This document shows positions 22,857 to 27,865 of a DNA stretch of 27,865 bases, piece by piece. Every line of letters begins with the position of its first letter. Position 1 is the stretch's first letter. Position numbers and translations under genes: made by a program. Source of the DNA: a virus; IMG/VR virus record IMGVR_UViG_3300045988_046995, positions 1 through 27,865 of that record; one strand, 5' to 3'. A model generated the notes under the pieces. It saw only the letters and a program-made list of their open reading frames with translations, had not been told where the DNA came from and did no database searches.

Positions 22857-22906
22857 TGTCAGTTTTTATTTTTTCTTAGTACTTTGAGTGAGTAAAAAAC
22901 TTGACA
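22857..22906. repeat. 50-nt imperfect palindrome, copy C
   Basis: tgtcagttttta...taaaaaacttgaca, with AGTACT at the centre. It is 50 nt long like copies A and B and begins 4 nt after the stop at 22852. Confidence 0.65.
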
Positions 22907-22940
22907 TTAAAGGAGGCTTAGGTCTCCTTTAATTATTTTA
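22907..22940 (+). terminator. Rho-independent terminator-like hairpin
   Basis: ttaaaggag(gc) / (g)tctcctttaa forms a stem with a 4-nt loop, followed by ttatttta. It directly abuts palindrome C, the same arrangement as at 4510-4590. Confidence 0.6.
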
Positions 22941-23008
22941 ATACATTAGTAAATTGGTTTATATTTTAAGAAAAAGATATGTAAAACTAATGTAAATTGC
23001 TGTAAAAT

Positions 23009-23401
23009 ATGAATTATACTTTATTAATGCAAAATACAATTACTAAAGAAGTTTATGTATATAACTTAGAAAATCAGAATTATGCTGAAAATATCTACTA
23101 TAAGTTTGATATTACATTATCTGATGATATGCCTGATGGTGAATATCAGTATATTCTGTTTAGTAATCCAAATAAACTTGAAGTAATTGTAGATGTAAAT
23201 AATCCTATGCAGTCAGAGCTATATGGTAATCCAGTTATTCTGGTAACTTATGAAAATACTCTTACTACAGGAACACAGATATTAGTTGCTGGTAAACCTA
23301 TACCTGTATTGAGTTCAGGACTAATAAGAGTTGGAGATTATCAGAATAATAAATACCAATACGATAAACAAAACAAATATATGGCTTATGAGCGAAAATA
23401 A
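23009..23401 (+). CDS. Hypothetical protein (130 aa)
   Basis: Uninterrupted ORF and first gene after the spacer. No motif recognised. Confidence 0.5.
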   Translation: MNYTLLMQNTITKEVYVYNLENQNYAENIYYKFDITLSDDMPDGEYQYILFSNPNKLEVIVDVNNPMQSELYGNPVILVTYENTLTTGTQILVAGKPIPVLSSGLIRVGDYQNNKYQYDKQNKYMAYERK

Positions 23402-24479
23402 AACAAAAGTACAATTAAGTGCAATTGATCCTGTTGTAGTGTCAAATTTAGTACTTCCTGTAGAATCGAGAAAAAGGGGTTCTGATTGGATTTCTTGGGG
23501 TGAAGATAATCGCTATCCATTATATCTATGGGATTTATACTTAAATGTAGCTACTCTTCAATCTATCATTAATGGGACTGCTGACTTTATTGTTGGTAAT
23601 GATGTTATATGTAATGCACCAGGATTTGAAGTAACTGTAAATAAGAAAGGTGAAACTATTATGGATATTATGCGTAAAGTATCTAAAGATAAGATGATTT
23701 TTGGAGGATATGCTTTACAAATAATTAGAGATATGTTAGGTAGAGTTTCAGAGATCTATCATCTTGACTTTATGAAGATTCGTTCTGATGAAAAGAATGA
23801 AGTATTCTATTATGCCGATGATTGGTCTGCTTGGTCTATTAAAGCTATCAAATATCCAAAATTTAATTATTCAGATGATAATCCTACAAGTGTTGTTTAT
23901 AATAAGGGCTATATAACAAGAAAAGTATATCCAGTCCCTGTTTATGGTGCAGCTATCCTATCTTGCGAAACTGAGAAGAATATTAATGAGTTCCATCTAA
24001 ATTCTCTTCATAATGGATTTATGGGCAATCTTATCATTAACTTTAATAATGGACAGCCTACAGACGAAGTTAAAGAAGAGATTGAGATGAATATCAATGA
24101 GAAATTCTCAGGATTTCAAAATGCTGGTAGAGTTCTTATTTCATATAATGATGATGAAACAAATAAGACTACTATTGAGCGTTTAGACTCTGATGATTTT
24201 GATGAGAAATATAGTGCTTTATCTGATAGGACAAGAGAACAGATATTCTGCGCATTTAGAGCTAATAGTGTACTTTTTGGCCTTAACTACTCAAGTGGAT
24301 TCAACGAACAAGAATTTAATGAAGCTTTTAAACTTTATAATCGTACAGTAGTTAGACCAATTCAGGTCGAAATAGTAGATACATTTGATAAGATATTTGG
24401 AATGAAAGGTTCAATAACTATAACTCCTTTTAGCTTAACTCCAAATGGACAAGAAGATAGCAAACAAAATGTTGAATAG
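23388..24479 (+). CDS. Portal protein (putative, small PBSX/P2-size class)
   Basis: The N-terminal region GSDWISWGEDNRYPLYLWDLYLNVATLQSIINGTADFIVG resembles the portal pattern (W..fG.dN.yP..l..l...s..h..ii..k). Likely start is ATG 23388. The 5 Trp codons are all TGG and there is no TGA. Confidence 0.65.
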   Translation: MSENKTKVQLSAIDPVVVSNLVLPVESRKRGSDWISWGEDNRYPLYLWDLYLNVATLQSIINGTADFIVGNDVICNAPGFEVTVNKKGETIMDIMRKVSKDKMIFGGYALQIIRDMLGRVSEIYHLDFMKIRSDEKNEVFYYADDWSAWSIKAIKYPKFNYSDDNPTSVVYNKGYITRKVYPVPVYGAAILSCETEKNINEFHLNSLHNGFMGNLIINFNNGQPTDEVKEEIEMNINEKFSGFQNAGRVLISYNDDETNKTTIERLDSDDFDEKYSALSDRTREQIFCAFRANSVLFGLNYSSGFNEQEFNEAFKLYNRTVVRPIQVEIVDTFDKIFGMKGSITITPFSLTPNGQEDSKQNVE

Positions 24480-25137
24480 CCATATTATATACTGTCATAA
24501 AAATCTATTAAACAATAAGCTATATTTTGGCATAACCTCTTTAAAACCAATAGAACGGTGAGGTTCTAAAGGGCAAGGTTATAAAAACAATAAACATTTT
24601 AATAGAGCAATTAAGTATTATGGGTGAGACAGTTTTGAACACATTATAGTTAAAGAAGGATTACCAGAAGCTTGTGCTAAAACATTAGAGAGAATATTAA
24701 TCTATAAGTATAACACTACCAATCCAAATAATGGCTATAATTTAACTGAAGGTGGAGAAGGAGTGCTTGGTTGGCATCACTCAGAGATTACCAAAGAAAA
24801 AATGAGCTTAAACGCAAAAGGAGTAAATAATAATTTTTATGGTAAATACCATACCAAAGACTCTAAACAGAAAATGCGTTTAGCTAGATTAGGTAAATCC
24901 CCTGCCAATAAAGGTACTTCTTTATCTGAAGAAGCTAAATTAGCTATATCTGAACAACGATGCAAAGAAGTTGTTCAATACGATTTAGATGGCAATATTA
25001 TAAACACATATAAATCAGCTAAAGAAGCTGGAGAGATTAATAACTTTTATAGTTCCAATATAACAAGAGCTTGTAGAACTGGTAAATCATATAAAAATTT
25101 TAATTGACAATATAAATATGGAACAAATGGATTTTAG
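24469..25137 (+). CDS. GIY-YIG homing endonuclease with NUMOD3 repeats and an IENR-like tail
   Basis: Contains IIYCHKN..NKLYFGIT (GIY...YIG), ER[W]GSKG, AIKYYG[W]DSFEH, NGYNLTEGG, the repeats HHSEITKEKMS / YHTKDSKQKMR / SLSEEAKLAIS, and the tail YKSAKEAGE...KNFN[W]QYKYGTNGF*. In-frame TGAs lie at 24559, 24625 and 25105. Confidence 0.85.
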
Positions 25138-25804
25138 AAATGTACTTCTAATTAGTGAAGATTATATCAAATCTGAATCTAACTTAGATAATAATGTTTC
25201 TGGCAAGTATCTTCAATCAGCAATTAAGTTGGCTCAAGATGTAGAGCTTCAGTCAACTATTGGTACTAAGCTATTGGAAGCATTACAAAAGAAATGTATT
25301 AATTGGATTGATCCTCATACTCCAGTTCATCCAATAGAACCTCCTGAGCCACTTCCAAGTGATTCTATTGATGATTCTGATAACTACAGATATAAAGAGC
25401 TATTAGACTATTATGTTCAGCCTTATTTACTTTATCAAGTACTTAGCGAGATAGTAATTCCTATATCTTATAAGCTTGGTAATTTTGGAGTTATGAGAAC
25501 TGATGATGAGAAAGATATTGCTGCTGAAGCAAGTCAAGTAAATCAAATTAAGAAGTATTATAGAGATAAGGCGGATTTCTTTAAGACTCGTTTACAGGAC
25601 TTTATAATTACATATTATAACGAATTCCCTGAGCTTTATACATATAAGCCATTAAAGGATATGTTTCCCAATCTTTACTCTAGCTCATCTTGCAATATTT
25701 GGCTTGGTGGAGCAAGAGGTAAAGGATGGAGCGTTAAACCTGGAGAGGGACCTCTTCAAAGAGCTTATGATTTTCCTTCAAGTAACAATAAAAAGAGTAA
25801 GTAA
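25118..25804 (+). CDS. Virion head-completion/connector-like protein (function uncertain; alternative start 25127)
   Basis: Uninterrupted ORF downstream of the portal. The N-terminus ISEDYIKSESNLDNNVSGKYLQSAIKLAQDVELQSTIGTKLLEAL recalls head-tail connector families. No TGA. Confidence 0.4.
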   Translation: MEQMDFRNVLLISEDYIKSESNLDNNVSGKYLQSAIKLAQDVELQSTIGTKLLEALQKKCINWIDPHTPVHPIEPPEPLPSDSIDDSDNYRYKELLDYYVQPYLLYQVLSEIVIPISYKLGNFGVMRTDDEKDIAAEASQVNQIKKYYRDKADFFKTRLQDFIITYYNEFPELYTYKPLKDMFPNLYSSSSCNIWLGGARGKGWSVKPGEGPLQRAYDFPSSNNKKSK

Positions 25805-25806
25805 TT

Positions 25807-26232
25807 ATGACCTACTATGAGATAATTAGCAATTTAAAAGCTTGTGCATTAGAAGAGCCAAACATCAATTTTGTAGGAAGTAAAGACATTTATGAGTTAA
25901 ATAGCTTACCAACTATTGAGTATAATGTGTTCTATATAACACCTAATACTTTTAGTGTAGATGAAGATACTATTACTTACTCTTTAAACCTATACTTCGT
26001 ATCAAGATGGGATGAGACTGATAACAACCAATTGGAGGAACAGTCAGCAGGTATGCTTGCACTGCAAAATATAATTAATCGTTTTAATAACCTATATCCA
26101 GAAGTTGAAATAGCTTATCCTTTAATTTATACTCCATTCTATCAAAAGTTCAAAGATATTACCTGCGGAGTGTTTGTTAGAGCTGATTTCCAAGTTGACA
26201 ACACACTGGGTACTTGCACTGATGATATGTAA
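25807..26232 (+). CDS. Hypothetical virion-module protein (141 aa)
   Basis: Uninterrupted ORF. Its stop overlaps the next start (TAATG at 26230-26234). Confidence 0.5.
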   Translation: MTYYEIISNLKACALEEPNINFVGSKDIYELNSLPTIEYNVFYITPNTFSVDEDTITYSLNLYFVSRWDETDNNQLEEQSAGMLALQNIINRFNNLYPEVEIAYPLIYTPFYQKFKDITCGVFVRADFQVDNTLGTCTDDM

Positions 26233-26888
26233 TGGAAAATAAATTAAATTGGTTTGGTAAAGTATTAGAATGGGTTGATAAATATGGATTACTAAAGATA
26301 TTTAAAGCAGGGATTGGATTAATATTTATATCCTATGTAATGGTTATTACACTTAATCCCTCTATTGTTTATAATAAGGTTGTAACCTATATTGAACAAA
26401 CTCACAATTCTAAAACTATTGCAAGAAATGAAGCAACTTTAAAGATTAAATATAAGCTTAAAGAATTGCTTCAAAGCACAAATGCTGATAGAGCTTGGGT
26501 TATTGAATATCATAATGGAACTACTGGATTAGGGGGACTTCCATTTACTTATGGAGTAATGAATGCAGAGGAAGTAAAACCAGGAATAAGATCTGTAAGT
26601 AGCCATTATAAAGATTTCCTGTTATCTGACTATACTTCAATTATAGAGTTTTCTAAGAATGATGGATGGTTTGGTAATATAGATAGTTTAGAAGCAGATG
26701 ATCCAAGATTATATTATGCATTTAAATCCAACAGAGTGAATGAAATAGCAGTATTTTATTTAAAGACTGAGGATAAAGATATTGGCATTTTAGGTTTATC
26801 ATTCTGTGATACACCTATGCCTTATGATACTTGAGTACATCTAAGAAGAGCTGGAATACAGATAAGTATAATTTTAAATAAAATATAA
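26232..26888 (+). CDS. N-terminally membrane-anchored protein with a globular (GAF-like?) C-terminal domain, adjacent to the lysis genes
   Basis: Has one TM helix (AGIGLIFISYVMVITL) and then about 150 aa of soluble domain. It is read through TGA 26832-26834 (PYDT[W]VHLRRAG...) to TAA 26886-26888. Confidence 0.55.
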
Positions 26889-26889
26889 T

Positions 26890-27048
26890 ATGAAATATTG
26901 GTTAAAATATGTAATAGTAGTTGTACTATTAATGATTGCATTTTTGTTAATTAAAGTAATTCCTTTTTGGATTACTATTAGTTTAACGTTATTTGGAGCA
27001 GTGTGCTATTTTATTTATCTTTATAAACTGCATAATTCATACAAATAA
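26890..27048 (+). CDS. Holin (putative, 52 aa, two TM segments)
   Basis: MKYWLKYVIVVVLLMIAFLLIKVIPFWITISLTLFGAVCYFIYLYKLHNSYK* has two hydrophobic helices and a charged C-terminus. Its stop overlaps the endolysin ATG (TAATG at 27046-27050). It is below the 60-aa cutoff of the track. Confidence 0.55.
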   Translation: MKYWLKYVIVVVLLMIAFLLIKVIPFWITISLTLFGAVCYFIYLYKLHNSYK

Positions 27049-27500
27049 TGAAGTATTTCACACTCGAAGAATTAACAAGATCTGATACTGCTTCAATTAA
27101 GCATATAGATAACACTCCAGATGAGAGTATAACAGAGCACCTGATAGAGTTGGTCAAGAAGCTTTTAGACCCAATAAGAGAGAGATGGGCAAAGTATTGT
27201 GATGACAATCAGCTTGGCAATGCAGGCATCAGGATTTCCTCTGGTTTTAGGAATAAGGAGCTTAATAAAGCAGTGGGAGGATCTTCAACTTCTGCTCATT
27301 TAACAGGGTATGCAGCAGATATATCTCCAATTAATGGTAATATGAAAGTATTCCAAAGTTGGATTGCTGAAGCTATTGAAGAATTTGATTTCGACCAGTT
27401 GATATATGAAAGGCCTAGGAATGGTATAGCTAGTTGAATACACTTGGGATTAAAGAATAAAGACGGGATGCAAAGACGACAGAAATTTACTATTATATAA
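27048..27500 (+). CDS. Endolysin, peptidase M15 (LAS-type Zn D,D- or L,D-peptidase)
   Basis: SSGFRNKELNKAVGGSSTSAHLTGYAADI matches the SxxR...GG...SxHxxGxAxD motif. The C-terminal GIAS[W]IHLG is read through TGA 27435-27437. Stop is TAA at 27498-27500. Confidence 0.85.
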
Positions 27501-27502
27501 TT

Positions 27503-27841
27503 ATGGATTCCAAATCAAGTAAATTGCTTCATAAGACTAAGAGGAAAGTAAGAAGTGAAGAATATTTAAAGTACCAGAGATATATCCGCTCAAAAGAATT
27601 TAAGGCGATTAGAGAGCAAGTTTTGTTGAGGGATAACTACCACTGCCAAACTTGTAATTGGTGCGTTGAGGAAGGCGGAAACAGGTCATTATCGGTACAT
27701 CATAAGAGGTATGACAATTTATATGAGGAGCAAAACCATTTGGAAGATTTGATAACATTATGTTCAGTATGTCATAAAGCTATACATTCGGCAGTAAGTA
27801 ATTATCAAAGGTTTAATAAAAAAGAAAAGGAGGGCAAATAA
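27503..27841 (+). CDS. Small HNH endonuclease (terminase-associated type)
   Basis: CQTCNWC...LSVHHKRY...LITLCSVCHKAIH is a CxxC...HH...CxxCH zinc-finger HNH motif. No TGA. Confidence 0.8.
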   Translation: MDSKSSKLLHKTKRKVRSEEYLKYQRYIRSKEFKAIREQVLLRDNYHCQTCNWCVEEGGNRSLSVHHKRYDNLYEEQNHLEDLITLCSVCHKAIHSAVSNYQRFNKKEKEGK

Positions 27842-27856
27842 CCCTCCTTTTTGTTT
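27825..27856 (+). terminator. Rho-independent terminator
   Basis: aaaaggaggg / ccctcctttt forms a perfect 10-bp stem with a 7-nt loop that contains the TAA stop. A T-run follows. Confidence 0.75.
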
Positions 27857-27865
27857 ATTCCATTA

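Noticed and set aside
4509-23008. tRNA, small RNA gene or CRISPR repeats in the sizeable spacers (4509-4629, 13901-14012, 16714-16803, 22853-23008)
   Set aside because: No cloverleaf-compatible arms and no GTTC-type T-loop are present. The hairpins are A/U-rich 50-nt palindromes or simple terminators. The three palindromes are about 9 kb apart and are not arranged as a repeat-spacer array.
154-27208. Twelve minus-strand ORFs in the track (154-345, 3817-4014, 4149-4505, 7289-7474, 11122-11310, 11752-12006, 14725-15012, 14751-14978, 19256-19444, 20427-20723, 20984-21175, 27011-27208)
   Set aside because: Each lies entirely antisense to a well-supported + strand gene. Their products are low-complexity, rich in Ser/Leu/Phe/Ile, and have no motifs. 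They are typical shadow ORFs of AT-rich or purine-skewed coding sequence, for example the acidic scaffold region at 14725-15012.
1-27865. TGA decoded as Gly (table 25), as selenocysteine, or by occasional read-through
   Set aside because: Paralogue alignment within the window puts TGA opposite TGG in the N-L-E-W-C motif. Other TGAs also fall at family-conserved Trp positions. There are far too many sites (dozens) for selenocysteine, and I saw no SECIS-like hairpins following them.
1-27865. Degraded or pseudogenised prophage with many nonsense mutations
   Set aside because: All interruptions are TGA and none is TAA or TAG. Frames are preserved across every interruption. The merged proteins keep complete catalytic motifs. 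Random decay would also produce frameshifts and the other two stop codons.
1-27865. Phage of a native table-4 host (Mycoplasma or Spiroplasma)
   Set aside because: This is not excluded, but I judge it less likely. TGG remains the majority Trp codon and is the only one in the capsid, scaffold, tube and portal genes. Mollicute genomes generally prefer TGA. BACON-like segments point elsewhere. DUF285-type repeats and weak Shine-Dalgarno signals keep the alternative open.

Overview
AT-rich packaging, morphogenesis and lysis region of a tailed (siphovirus-like) dsDNA phage, with every gene on the + strand. It reads sensibly only if TGA encodes Trp (translation table 4). Under the standard code the large genes break into same-frame fragments separated by single TGA codons. 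With TGA as sense they fuse into about 33 tightly packed genes, all ending in TAA or TAG. These are: a sigma factor encoded as two separate polypeptides, TerS, TerL, a gene needing a -1 shift at a T9 run, tail proteins of 726 and 1118 aa, a 922-aa tape measure, an XkdF-type protease, scaffold, major capsid, a probable tail tube, an 810-aa fibre, two DUF285/BspA-like receptor-binding paralogues, portal, holin plus M15 endolysin, and six homing-type endonucleases (four HNH/NUMOD4 paralogues, one GIY-YIG, one small HNH). TGA use is strongly uneven: it is absent from scaffold, capsid, tube and portal, and it sits at function-critical Trp positions in TerL, the protease and the endolysin. Three 50-nt imperfect palindromes of one family lie just after the stop codons in the three longest of the four sizeable intergenic spacers (the fourth, 16714-16803, has only a canonical terminator). 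The morphogenesis modules are in a non-canonical order. I found no tRNA (including no suppressor tRNA), rRNA, CRISPR array, integrase or minus-strand gene. All functional calls come from reading motifs by eye, not from database searches.
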